The position numbers and the translations under genes were made by a program. The notes beneath the pieces were generated by a model. That model saw only the letters and a list, made by a program, of their open reading frames with translations, had not been told where the DNA came from and searched no databases. A stretch of DNA of 64,000 nucleotides from Candidatus Woesearchaeota archaeon (GTDB lineage Archaea > Nanobdellota > Nanobdellia > Woesearchaeales > ARS49): the NCBI GenBank assembly GCA_019323015.1, contig JAHWHY010000008.1, positions 225 to 64,224 of the forward strand, read 5' to 3'. The stretch's first letter is position 1. Every line of letters begins with the position of its first letter. This document shows, in pieces, positions 8,278 to 17,452 of this stretch.

Positions 8278-8649
8278 GTCAGGAAAATCAAAATGTTTGA
8301 TATTCCTTGTGACTATATATTCTGCCCCTCCTTTTTTTGCCAGTAAATAGTGCAAGACGTCTCCAGGATCTGTCTTTGATATTTGCCTGGATTCAAGAAT
8401 CTCCTTTTCTGTAAAGCTCACTTGCAATGTTTTTTTCTTTATAAACTGCAATAATTGCAGTATCTGTTCTTCTGTTGCGTTCCTTTCAAGTTCTTCAAGC
8501 ACTGCATCAGAAATAAGTATATCAAACTCACATTTCACCGCCCTTCTCAACAGCTCAAAAGCAAATTCTCCTATCGGCCGGAACTTATCCTTCCGCCCTA
8601 ATAAATAGTCCAGATACACGTTTGTATCAATATAAATCCGTCTTGGCAT
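8248..8649 (-). CDS. PIN-domain protein (VapC-like)
   Basis: IYIDTNVYLDYL, ISDAVLEELE, PGDVLHYLLA and VTRNIKHF give the conserved acidic residues and spacing of PIN domains. Confidence 0.7.
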   Translation of the reverse strand: MPRRIYIDTNVYLDYLLGRKDKFRPIGEFAFELLRRAVKCEFDILISDAVLEELERNATEEQILQLLQFIKKKTLQVSFTEKEILESRQISKTDPGDVLHYLLAKKGGAEYIVTRNIKHFDFPDLQAVFPENI

Positions 8650-8805
8650 GCAAATATTGCTGATTTTGCTCTTTATATGCTCTTCCCAATAATCTCCGCA
8701 ATCTTTCCGACCATAAACAAAGTATAAACAGTTTATACAGTTTAATCTGTATCAATATATCTTTCTGGCTTATTACTATTAGCATTTGACTTTGGAGGGA
8801 AGACA

Positions 8806-9186
8806 ATGAAAGAACTAGAAACAGTGATGGATCCTATAGCAAAAGACAGTGGATTGCAGACAAACATTAACGGAGATATGTACACTTTAGGGTTTGACAA
8901 GATTGTTGATCCTAAGGATTTTTTCAGGCTTGAATTAGAGATTGCTGCTTATTTTGACAGAAAAATAGAGCTTCTGCCAGAAGACAGCGAACATGAAAAA
9001 TCCAGCAAGGCATACTTGAAAGCAGAGCCTATTCAGGAAGGACCTGTCTGGACTCAAGGCTACAGAGGTGTTATTCTTGAGCCTGCTGTTCCAGAATCTC
9101 ATGAAAAGCATTCTGAAGTAATCAATGCCCTGGAAAATGTAATCGTAGCTGCACAAGCTTGTATCAAGAAATATGAAAATGACTGA
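8806..9186 (+). CDS. hypothetical protein (first gene of the CbbQ/CbbO-type operon)
   Basis: A 126-aa ORF with GGAGGG upstream. It overlaps the next gene by 14 nt. Confidence 0.55.
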   Translation: MKELETVMDPIAKDSGLQTNINGDMYTLGFDKIVDPKDFFRLELEIAAYFDRKIELLPEDSEHEKSSKAYLKAEPIQEGPVWTQGYRGVILEPAVPESHEKHSEVINALENVIVAAQACIKKYEND

Positions 9187-9940
9187 AATTCCATATAATG
9201 AAAGAAGAAGGCTGTTGTCTGCAGCTAAAGAATTGATGAGTGATATTGCTCATCATACAGAAAGGATGCAGACTGCACTTTCTTTTGTTAATCCTGAAAA
9301 AGAAGAGTCTTTTCACGCAGATGAAATAGTGCAGGACACGATTATGCTTGAGATGATTCTAGAGGAATTTCAGGGAAATATTCCAGAAGAATTCGCGCCT
9401 TTTGAAAGAGAAGTCAACCAAAGAAGAAAAATGTATGGTGATTTATTCGGTGATCAGTGGTATGATAACAGAAGAACTGTTTTAGAAGAAGAATTAGCAG
9501 AAGCTTCTTCTGTTCCAGAAGCTACTGAAGAAGAAAAACAATGGATGCGTAGAAGATCAAAAGGCTTTAGTCCTAGAAGAGAAAAAACATCCCCTAAAAG
9601 AATACCTCTTGAGCAGACTGGAAAGATTGTCAGGATTTATTCTCAAGAAGCTCAGGAGCAGCTGCATTATTTTGAGGAAAGCAAGACAGCACATCCCTTA
9701 GAAGCTAAACTAGAGCCAGATGATATGTTGTTTTCTGAACTGCCTGAGCATTACATTATTATTTGCAAAGAAGAAGACCAGCAGCTTAAGGTAGACTTTT
9801 TGCAGACAAAAAATGCTAATCCTTTCTATCATAAGAATGCTGCAGTAGAAAAAGCGCTTAATACTGCTGCAGAGTCTGGGAAGAACATGTTCAGGCTTCA
9901 GAAATTATTTGAAAAATTAATAGAGGAAGAATATGAGTGA
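9173..9940 (+). CDS. hypothetical acidic protein
   Basis: A 255-aa ORF that overlaps both neighbours. No motif recognised. Confidence 0.55.
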   Translation: MKMTEIPYNERRRLLSAAKELMSDIAHHTERMQTALSFVNPEKEESFHADEIVQDTIMLEMILEEFQGNIPEEFAPFEREVNQRRKMYGDLFGDQWYDNRRTVLEEELAEASSVPEATEEEKQWMRRRSKGFSPRREKTSPKRIPLEQTGKIVRIYSQEAQEQLHYFEESKTAHPLEAKLEPDDMLFSELPEHYIIICKEEDQQLKVDFLQTKNANPFYHKNAAVEKALNTAAESGKNMFRLQKLFEKLIEEEYE

Positions 9941-10736
9941 GAAACAGGATTATCTTGTCAAGGAAAAGCCGTATTATGAGCCGATAAGTGATGAAGTGGA
10001 TATTTTTAAGAGAGCTCATAAACAACAGCAGCATATTGCGATTACAGGCCCTACTGGTGTTGGCAAGACAAGGTTTCTTGAGTACATGGCTTATGAGTTA
10101 AAACTTCCTTTTTTGAGGGTTGTCTGCACAGAGGACACTGATGCTTCTGAACTGCTTGGCTTGAATACTATTGATGGCTGGGTTGATGGCCCTATGTTAA
10201 AGATGGTTAACATGGGCGGTATTTGTTATTTAGATGAGGTAATTGAAGCAAGAAAAGATGTTGCAGTCCTTATACATTCTGTAACAGATACTGCGCGTTC
10301 TGTTTATGTTCCAAAGCTTGGCAAGTCTTTTCATGCTCCTGATGATTTTATGCTTGTAACCTCATACAATCCTAATTATCAGTCTATTGCAAAGGACTTG
10401 AAGCCAAGTACAAAGCAAAGATTCATTACTTTGAATTTTGATTACCCGCCAGAAGATCTGGAAAGAAAAATCATCACAGAAGAAGGCGGTGTTGATGACC
10501 CTACTGCCAATGCCTTAGTTAAGTTTGGCAAGATTACCAGGAACCTGAAGAAAAGCGGGCAGTTGGTTGAGGGTGCTGGTACAAGGCTTCTTGTGTTGGC
10601 TGCTCAGCAGATTCAGGAAGGCACTCCTCCTAAGCGTGCTTGCGAAGTTGCTGTGATTCAGCCATTGACTTATGATCCTGATGTTATGGAGTCTCTTAAG
10701 ACAGAGCATCTGGACTTGGTTTTTGGTAAAAAATGA
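9933..10736 (+). CDS. CbbQ/NirQ/NorQ/GvpN-family (MoxR-class) AAA+ ATPase
   Basis: Walker A is ITGPTGVGKTRF and Walker B is ICYLDEVIEARKDV. The family-typical strings VTSYNPNYQSIAKDLKPSTKQRF and EGAGTRLLV are present. The 267-aa length is typical for CbbQ. Confidence 0.85.
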   Translation: MSEKQDYLVKEKPYYEPISDEVDIFKRAHKQQQHIAITGPTGVGKTRFLEYMAYELKLPFLRVVCTEDTDASELLGLNTIDGWVDGPMLKMVNMGGICYLDEVIEARKDVAVLIHSVTDTARSVYVPKLGKSFHAPDDFMLVTSYNPNYQSIAKDLKPSTKQRFITLNFDYPPEDLERKIITEEGGVDDPTANALVKFGKITRNLKKSGQLVEGAGTRLLVLAAQQIQEGTPPKRACEVAVIQPLTYDPDVMESLKTEHLDLVFGKK

Positions 10737-12604
10737 AAGAGTTTTCAGAAGTATCTCACAAGAAGGGGCTTGAGCGCCTTGTTGAGGGCTTGACAGGAAG
10801 AAAGCCTGAGTTTATTTATGCAAGGCCTGATGAAAAGATTGACCGGTTTGCTCATGTTGTCAATAAAGGTGAGATTCCTGTCATTATTCCTTCTGAATTG
10901 ATTGCTTATTACGAAAAATATAAGGAAAACGCAGATTATCTTGAATTTCTTGTAGCTATTCAGGCTGGAAGGTTATTGTATGGCAGTGCTGCTGTTAGTC
11001 TTGATGACTTTATTGAGTATCAGGAAAGGCTTTATAAAGACGGTTTCATAAAGAAAGAGCAGCCCATCTGGCATATTGATGATTTTTTTTCTACTTTTGA
11101 GGAAAGGGATTATTTGGCTAAGCAGATTTTTGAGATTGTTGAGAGTGCAAGGGTTAATGCCTGCTTGAGAAGAGATTATCTTGGTTTTAAGCAGATTCTT
11201 GAGGATGTTATTCCAGCTAAATTCAAGGAGTTGCTTGATGGTCTTGGAAAACTTCCTAAGCAGATGCTTGATAATACTGTTCTTACACTGCTTCAGTACA
11301 AGCTTTTGCTTGGTTATCTTCCTGAGCACGAGATTAAGCCTAAGCAGGGAGAGCATAACAGGATTCGTGCTGCAAAAAAGAAAGGCATAATAATAAAGCC
11401 TTTTGTTCAGCAGTGTTATGATTTGCTTGATGAATGTTATGATCTTGCTTCTGTTGTCTTGGAAAGAGGCTCTGATTTAGGTGATTCTTTTATTGTGACA
11501 AAGAAACTGCACAGGATTATTTATGAGCATACTAAAGAAGTGCAACAGCAAAGTTACAGGGCACCCCAAAAAAAAGTTAAGGGATTGCGGGGTTTCTTGA
11601 ATAAAGAAACAATGATTGTTACAGATGATGTTAGCAAGTTAGAGATTTTCAAGGACAATAAAATAAAGCATTCTGCTCTTGCAAAGGAAACCCCGCAATA
11701 TCTGGAGTGGGATTCTGTTAACAATAAATATATTGAAGGTTTTCCTGTGTTTGAAAAGCAGGTGCGTCTTGGAAAAACTCATCGGATTATTGTTCCTAAT
11801 CAAACTCTTGTGCAAAAATTGAAAAGAGAATTTAGCTTGATGAAGCCTGGCGGCAGGACTGTTTTGAAAAAGCAGAGGTCTGGCGAACTTGATTATGAGC
11901 GTTTTGTTGAGTATCAAAATGATATTGCTGCCGGAGTCACTCCTGATGAAAGGATTTTTCAAAAGGTCTTGAACAGGAGGCGTGATGTTGCTGCCGCGCT
12001 TGTTGTGGATTTGAGTGGCTCCACTAACCGGTGGATTAATGAAGAGACAAGGCTTATTGATGTTATTGCAGAGGCTGTTTATTACTTGGGCTGTGGTGCA
12101 AGCCAGCTTGATGATTTAGTTGGCGTGTTTGGTTATTCCTCGTATTCCAGAAGAAGGACTGATTTTTATATTATTGCTGATTTTGGGAAAGCTCATCCTG
12201 ATAACCTGTTTTTTTTGGACGAGCTTTCAAGGATTACCGGCAAAAAACACAATCATGACGGCACTGCCATAAGGCACACCACTAAAAAATTATTAGAAAC
12301 CGGCAGGAAAGACTTGCTTTTGATTCACATAAGTGATGGCGAGCCAGAGACTGTTCCCTTGCAAAAGGATTTATACAGGGATGAGAAAAATCTGCCTGTT
12401 TACAAGGGCGAGTATGCTTGGAATGATGTCAGAAAAGCCTTGTCAGAGGCAAGGGCAAGAGGTGTTTTGCCTGTCTGCATCAGGGTTAATGACCAGCGCG
12501 CAGATAATCTTGAGCGTGCATACGGAGTTCACTACAAGGTTCTTCCAAATCCTTTTGACTTGCAGAAGGTTCTCTGCACAACTTACAAGGATTTGGTTTC
12601 CTAG
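10733..12604 (+). CDS. CbbO/NorD-like protein with a C-terminal von Willebrand factor A domain
   Basis: The MIDAS-like motif is VVDLSGSTNRW, followed by DGTAIRH and LLIHISDGEP in VWA-typical spacing. It is translationally coupled (ATGA) to the CbbQ-like ATPase. Confidence 0.75.
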   Translation: MKEFSEVSHKKGLERLVEGLTGRKPEFIYARPDEKIDRFAHVVNKGEIPVIIPSELIAYYEKYKENADYLEFLVAIQAGRLLYGSAAVSLDDFIEYQERLYKDGFIKKEQPIWHIDDFFSTFEERDYLAKQIFEIVESARVNACLRRDYLGFKQILEDVIPAKFKELLDGLGKLPKQMLDNTVLTLLQYKLLLGYLPEHEIKPKQGEHNRIRAAKKKGIIIKPFVQQCYDLLDECYDLASVVLERGSDLGDSFIVTKKLHRIIYEHTKEVQQQSYRAPQKKVKGLRGFLNKETMIVTDDVSKLEIFKDNKIKHSALAKETPQYLEWDSVNNKYIEGFPVFEKQVRLGKTHRIIVPNQTLVQKLKREFSLMKPGGRTVLKKQRSGELDYERFVEYQNDIAAGVTPDERIFQKVLNRRRDVAAALVVDLSGSTNRWINEETRLIDVIAEAVYYLGCGASQLDDLVGVFGYSSYSRRRTDFYIIADFGKAHPDNLFFLDELSRITGKKHNHDGTAIRHTTKKLLETGRKDLLLIHISDGEPETVPLQKDLYRDEKNLPVYKGEYAWNDVRKALSEARARGVLPVCIRVNDQRADNLERAYGVHYKVLPNPFDLQKVLCTTYKDLVS

Positions 12605-12705
12605 CCCACAACACAGACTCGCTAATTAAGTAGCTTAATTTCACAGTATTCTTTCGCTTTTCACTTGATTATTACTCACCAAACAGTGACTAAAGAAACA
12701 ATAGC

Positions 12706-12713
12706 TTTATAAA
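12706..12713 (+). promoter_or_regulatory. TATA-box-like element for a probably leaderless transcript
   Basis: TTTATAAA starts about 22 nt upstream of ATG 12728, and there is no SD-like sequence between them. Confidence 0.35.
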
Positions 12714-12727
12714 GGCAGAAAGCATAT

Positions 12728-15685
12728 ATGCACGATATGGGGATGGAAGAAATAATTGAAAGAGAGATATCTGCTGTATTTGGCACTGCAAAGTTTGATA
12801 ACCTTGACGAGTTCTTAAGCGTAGCCAGAAAATTTAATTTGCCTGTGGATGAATACAGCAATATCATAGACAACTTATCAATAAAAAACAAGGGAAGGAA
12901 AAAACCTCGCAAAGAAGATCTGGATGTCAGATCCAAACTGATTAAAGTAGTGAGCAGAAAGGAAATGCCTCATGATGAGCTTGCTGGGCGGGTAAGAGCT
13001 GTGGCTTCACTCCTAGGCAGTCCAGAACACTTCCAGAATTACATAAACCATTTCAATTATATCTCAAGCGAAGAATATAAGGAAAACACCAAGATTTTCG
13101 GCAAGGATCTTCCGATTGCTGTCATAAAACAGCCAGAACCATTCAAGAAATACCTAAACATATGGAGAAATCTCTCAAAAAATCCAGCCAAGGCAGGCTT
13201 GGAGTTAAAATTCAGAGAGGTTTTTCAGGAATTTTTCAGCAAAGAGCGGACTAAACTGGAGTCTTCACTGTATTCAATCTTCTGCGATCAATTCGAAATT
13301 TTAAACTCTCCAGACAACCATCTAGGAGGCTGGTGGCTGAAAGAAATGCCTTCTAAAGAAGAGTTATGGCTTTCGCTATACGCTTTAAGAGAAAGCCTAT
13401 ACTTTGAAGAGAAAAAACAAGCACTTCTTTACAAGTTCATATTAGGGGCATGCGATATCGGCAGGAACCGTCCATTGAAACACATATTGATGGAGTATCA
13501 ATCAAATCTAAGGGCACTCTTCAGGAAAGTGCCTGGAATCGTCCAGGAGATAGGTGAGCTGAGCAAAGAAGAAGCACTGCAATTCCCATTTGACCTTTTC
13601 ACATATCCGGAAATGCAGGCCAAAATATTAAGATACTTCTCAAAAGTGCTAAACACTGTCAACCAAGAATACAGGCCACATATGTTAAAATTCATGAGAG
13701 ACATTTATCATCCTAACGATCCCGGTATCGGAAATAATAGACATATCCACGATGAAGACGCATTCACAGCTCCAGTAGACCATAAGAAATGGAATGAATG
13801 GAGTAAGAGAATTTTTCTTCGGTTCCTTCATTTGGCAGAGGAATCAAATAATCTTGAATTTGCAGATGTTGCGAGTAGCGCCCAACCTACTGTGCCTAAT
13901 TGGACAGATTTTAAGGCAAAATATACCGGACTCAAGCATTTTTATATTATCTGCAAAGACTTCTATAAGAACCCAGAACCGCCGGGCAGCCCATTTGGAT
14001 TTGAGGCAGACACAAGAAAAACCCTGGAATCCCTAGCAGAGAAATGCCTTAACGAAAAAATTGGCTTCACGCGACTAAAGAACCTTCTTGGAAAGAAAGA
14101 AGCCAATAAAACTTTTGCTACCTACAAACAAGTATTTAGCACGATTATAGATCAAGTTTTTGTCAGAAAGAACAAAACATTGCACAAATTGGGAAGGTAT
14201 GGATATGACGAACTCCAAACTATAGAAGGAAGGTATGAATATAACGCACTCCAAACTATAGAAGATGCCAGAAAAGGATATATGCTGGACACAGATAGAG
14301 CCATCCAATTCTTCGAGACATTCCCTGAAATATTTGAGCTCTACGCAAAATTGTCTTCGCCAGAACATCCTCGCTACTGGAAGCAACAGAGAAGAATATT
14401 AAGGGCTTTCACAAAAACAATCCAAACCATGACACAAATAGACGATCGTATAACACTCCACTTCATATTGAACAGGCCCAATACAGAACATGAGTACTGC
14501 TATGCTTACCAGACAAGATCCCTAAGAGAGCTGGCCTTATTCGCAGAAGATGCCGCTCTTGCTTCTCCAGGTTTTAGTGTAAAGATTTTTGATGATTACA
14601 TGAACCACCTGGAGATGACTGCTGATCCAGCCGAAGGAGAGCTTGCAACTACAATACAGGAAGTCCAAGCATATAGGGATGATAAAACAGAAATCAGGCA
14701 GAAAGTGATTGCGCAGATAAAAGAACAGCTAGGAAACCCTGTTATAAAATTAAATATTCCTGACAAGATGTACACTCTCAAATCACAGGTCGAGGCTTGG
14801 AGAGAAGTTGCAGGAGATGAAGACTATATCAAAGGACAAGAGCATAACGAGGATGATTTCATAATAAAAGAGGTCTTGCCCAGGCTAACTGAACTTTGGG
14901 AAAGGAATCTTGAGATCATAACTCTAGGATGCGGAACAGGCGTTTCAGAGATAAAGGTTGCAAAAGCCATGGCAGACCAGCAAGAAAGAATGGGAAGTCT
15001 TGATTTATACTTAACTGATGTAAACGAAAGGATGCTTAATGAAGCGCGACTCAATGCGTACAGATACTATTCCAGAGCTATAATGACCATCGGAAAGCAT
15101 GCAAGCCCAAATCCCCTTGATAACGATCCGCTGATAAATCCAAGAGCAAGAAAATGTAATTTCCTGGATTCAGAAGAAGTCAAACAAACATCTTTTGGCC
15201 TGGACGAAAGAAGAATATTCCTGCTACTGGGAGGAACCGTCGGAAATTTCCCGGCAGAAGTGAGAAAAAAAATTTATAGCAACGTATACAAAGCAATGAA
15301 GCCTGGTGATGCATTGATAGTCACCTGTGGAGTAAAACCAGACCCAGAGCACTACAGGGGAAAATCAACTGCACAATTCCTATTCGCGCCATTGAAGGCC
15401 GCAGGCCTGCAAGAACATCAGATAGCAGAATTTAAAAAAGGAATGCAAAGATATGAATGTGATGTTGTTGGAAACAGGATCGTGGGCTCAGTATCACTGA
15501 ACAGGCCAGTAAAAGTAAGCGGAGTCCAGCTTAAGAAGGGCACACTGTTTGAAGTCCTTTACTCAGACAGAATAGATCCAGAATCATTCAAAAAAGAGCT
15601 GGACATGTTCGAACTGCACGGTGGAGAGCCGATACTGACAGACGGCTCAAGGGCAATAGCAGTATGCTATAAGAAAGCATCATAA
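12728..15685 (+). CDS. large protein with a C-terminal SAM-dependent methyltransferase domain (EgtD/Methyltransf_33-like)
   Basis: The last ~300 aa carry IITLGCGTGVSE (motif I), LYLTDVNERML and FLLLGGTVGNFPAE, resembling the EgtD-family ..G.G...K...L / FLGSTIGNF pattern. The N-terminal ~680 aa are unassigned. Confidence 0.6.
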   Translation: MHDMGMEEIIEREISAVFGTAKFDNLDEFLSVARKFNLPVDEYSNIIDNLSIKNKGRKKPRKEDLDVRSKLIKVVSRKEMPHDELAGRVRAVASLLGSPEHFQNYINHFNYISSEEYKENTKIFGKDLPIAVIKQPEPFKKYLNIWRNLSKNPAKAGLELKFREVFQEFFSKERTKLESSLYSIFCDQFEILNSPDNHLGGWWLKEMPSKEELWLSLYALRESLYFEEKKQALLYKFILGACDIGRNRPLKHILMEYQSNLRALFRKVPGIVQEIGELSKEEALQFPFDLFTYPEMQAKILRYFSKVLNTVNQEYRPHMLKFMRDIYHPNDPGIGNNRHIHDEDAFTAPVDHKKWNEWSKRIFLRFLHLAEESNNLEFADVASSAQPTVPNWTDFKAKYTGLKHFYIICKDFYKNPEPPGSPFGFEADTRKTLESLAEKCLNEKIGFTRLKNLLGKKEANKTFATYKQVFSTIIDQVFVRKNKTLHKLGRYGYDELQTIEGRYEYNALQTIEDARKGYMLDTDRAIQFFETFPEIFELYAKLSSPEHPRYWKQQRRILRAFTKTIQTMTQIDDRITLHFILNRPNTEHEYCYAYQTRSLRELALFAEDAALASPGFSVKIFDDYMNHLEMTADPAEGELATTIQEVQAYRDDKTEIRQKVIAQIKEQLGNPVIKLNIPDKMYTLKSQVEAWREVAGDEDYIKGQEHNEDDFIIKEVLPRLTELWERNLEIITLGCGTGVSEIKVAKAMADQQERMGSLDLYLTDVNERMLNEARLNAYRYYSRAIMTIGKHASPNPLDNDPLINPRARKCNFLDSEEVKQTSFGLDERRIFLLLGGTVGNFPAEVRKKIYSNVYKAMKPGDALIVTCGVKPDPEHYRGKSTAQFLFAPLKAAGLQEHQIAEFKKGMQRYECDVVGNRIVGSVSLNRPVKVSGVQLKKGTLFEVLYSDRIDPESFKKELDMFELHGGEPILTDGSRAIAVCYKKAS
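14192..14263 (+). repeat. in-frame tandem duplication, 2 x 36 nt
   Basis: GGAAGGTATGGATATGACGAACTCCAAACTATAGAA is followed directly by GGAAGGTATGAATATAACGCACTCCAAACTATAGAA. These encode GRYGYDELQTIE / GRYEYNALQTIE. Confidence 0.9.
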
Positions 15686-16654
15686 TTCCGGAAGGTAGTT
15701 TATTTGGTGCACTTCATAATTTAAGATTATGGTATAATCCCTCAGGACATCTGAAAATTCTTTTTTGATTTTGTTTAATAAATCATATAGCTCAAGTATG
15801 TCCTTTGCCATTGGCTCAAATTCCAGGTCTGAGATGCCTATTGCTTCTGTGATGTATATTACTTTAGGATTATATCTTAAAAAAGTCAGGAGTTTGCTTT
15901 TCTTGTCTTTTGTCAGGTTTTCAAGATAAAGAAATACCTTGAAGTATTGATAGCCTAGTTTTGCTGTATTTAACATTGCTCTGAAGCCTATAAGAATTTT
16001 TCTTTTTTGCAGATTTTTTATCCTGTTTCTTGCAGTTGCTGTTGTTATTTCCAGTTTATCTGCAATCTTATACAAAGGAATTCTTGCATTCTTTGCAAGC
16101 AGCCCAAGTATCTTTGCATCAGTAAAGTCAATTTCTTCCTGTGCATATGTTTCTATTCTCCATTCTGTATCTTCTTTTTTGTCATAAAGATAATTGTTTT
16201 TGTAATGATACACGTTTGTTGCGATGGACACTGCCTTGTTTTGGATGTTTTTGGCAAATTTCAAGTAAATGTCATCAGTTACATTTTTTAATTGGTTAAT
16301 GTCTTTTGCCCAGATGACCAAAACAAGGTTCCAGGGTCCTTCTATGCTTACTACCCATCCTATGCTTAGATGTTTTTTTACATAATCTATTATTTCCTTT
16401 TCTTTTTCAGGCGTGCTGTTCTGAAGTTTAAGCAGGAACCTGCAGTACATGTAGCCTAGTTTTGCAGTGTCTATTACTGTATAATATCCCAGAATTATCT
16501 TTTTCTCTTCTAATCTTTTAATTCTGTAATTAACTACTTCTTTGGACAGCCTTACTTTCTTTGCAATCTGTGATATGCTGGCTCTTGCATTCATGTCCAG
16601 CTCTGAAAGTATTTTTCTGTCTTTTTTGTCTAGTTTAATAGCCATTTTTATCAT
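15680..16654 (-). CDS. tandem (duplicated) Lrp/AsnC-family transcriptional regulator
   Basis: There are two HTH modules. The first is LDKKDRKILSELDMNARASISQIAKKVRLSKEVVNYRIKRLEEKKII. The second is FTDAKILGLLAKNARIPLYKIADKLEITTATARNRIKNLQKRKIL. Each is followed by a ...NTAKLGY... effector-domain start. Confidence 0.75.
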   Translation of the reverse strand: MIKMAIKLDKKDRKILSELDMNARASISQIAKKVRLSKEVVNYRIKRLEEKKIILGYYTVIDTAKLGYMYCRFLLKLQNSTPEKEKEIIDYVKKHLSIGWVVSIEGPWNLVLVIWAKDINQLKNVTDDIYLKFAKNIQNKAVSIATNVYHYKNNYLYDKKEDTEWRIETYAQEEIDFTDAKILGLLAKNARIPLYKIADKLEITTATARNRIKNLQKRKILIGFRAMLNTAKLGYQYFKVFLYLENLTKDKKSKLLTFLRYNPKVIYITEAIGISDLEFEPMAKDILELYDLLNKIKKEFSDVLRDYTIILNYEVHQINYLPEL

Positions 16655-16807
16655 ATAGTTTATTTTAGCTTATAAAACTTTCGTTTTGATAAAAAAATAA
16701 ACAAGTATTTTTATTAACATCTTTCACCATTAAACTGTTTGTGATAGTACAAAATCATCTCGGAAAACTTCCGAAAAAACAAAGGATTTTCCGATGGAGG
16801 CTAAAAA

Positions 16808-17452
16808 ATGATAATTTGGGGGTTTAAAACAAGGCTCACAGAATCTGGCGATGCTGATGTTATTAGCAATGCCTGTCCTGAATGCAGTGGAAACCTTGTG
16901 CTTCATGATCTGAAGAAATGGTTTACTCTATATTTTATTCCTGTATTTCCTTATAGTACAATAGAATCCTGCTACAAATGTATGAATTGTGAAAAGACTT
17001 TCAAGCAGGAGATTAAGGAAATGCTTCAGGATTCTAAAAAAAGCAGGGACAAGATAAAGAAAGAGATGCAGAAGATGTTTGCAACCACTCTTGCTGCCTG
17101 CATGACACATATGGCTTCTATTGATGGCAGAATCAGTAGGGAAGAAAAAGAAGAACTTGATACCTTAATGAATACCCTTCCTGATTTCAAGGCAGACATT
17201 AAGAAAACTATTGAACAGGTCAAGAAAGCTAAGAATAATGATGCTATATTTGCAAAGCTCAATCAAGCAAAGCAGGTTCTTACATCTGAAGGAATAATGC
17301 TGATTATTGCACAGCTTGCAAGAGTGCTTCTTGCAGACGGCAAAATCAACAAGAAAGAAGAGGCCTTGATGAAAGAATACCTTCTTGTCTGCGGCATCCC
17401 AAGAGATGCATACAGCACAATTATTGAAAGAGCTAAGGAGGCAAAAAAATGA
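16808..17452 (+). CDS. zinc-ribbon + TerB-like domain protein
   Basis: The N-terminal part is CPECSG...KWFTLYFIPVFP...CMNCEK (zinc-ribbon_15-like). The C-terminal part carries ASIDGRISREEKEEL and LADGKINKKEEALM, which are TerB-like repeats. GGAGG lies upstream. Confidence 0.6.
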   Translation: MIIWGFKTRLTESGDADVISNACPECSGNLVLHDLKKWFTLYFIPVFPYSTIESCYKCMNCEKTFKQEIKEMLQDSKKSRDKIKKEMQKMFATTLAACMTHMASIDGRISREEKEELDTLMNTLPDFKADIKKTIEQVKKAKNNDAIFAKLNQAKQVLTSEGIMLIIAQLARVLLADGKINKKEEALMKEYLLVCGIPRDAYSTIIERAKEAKK

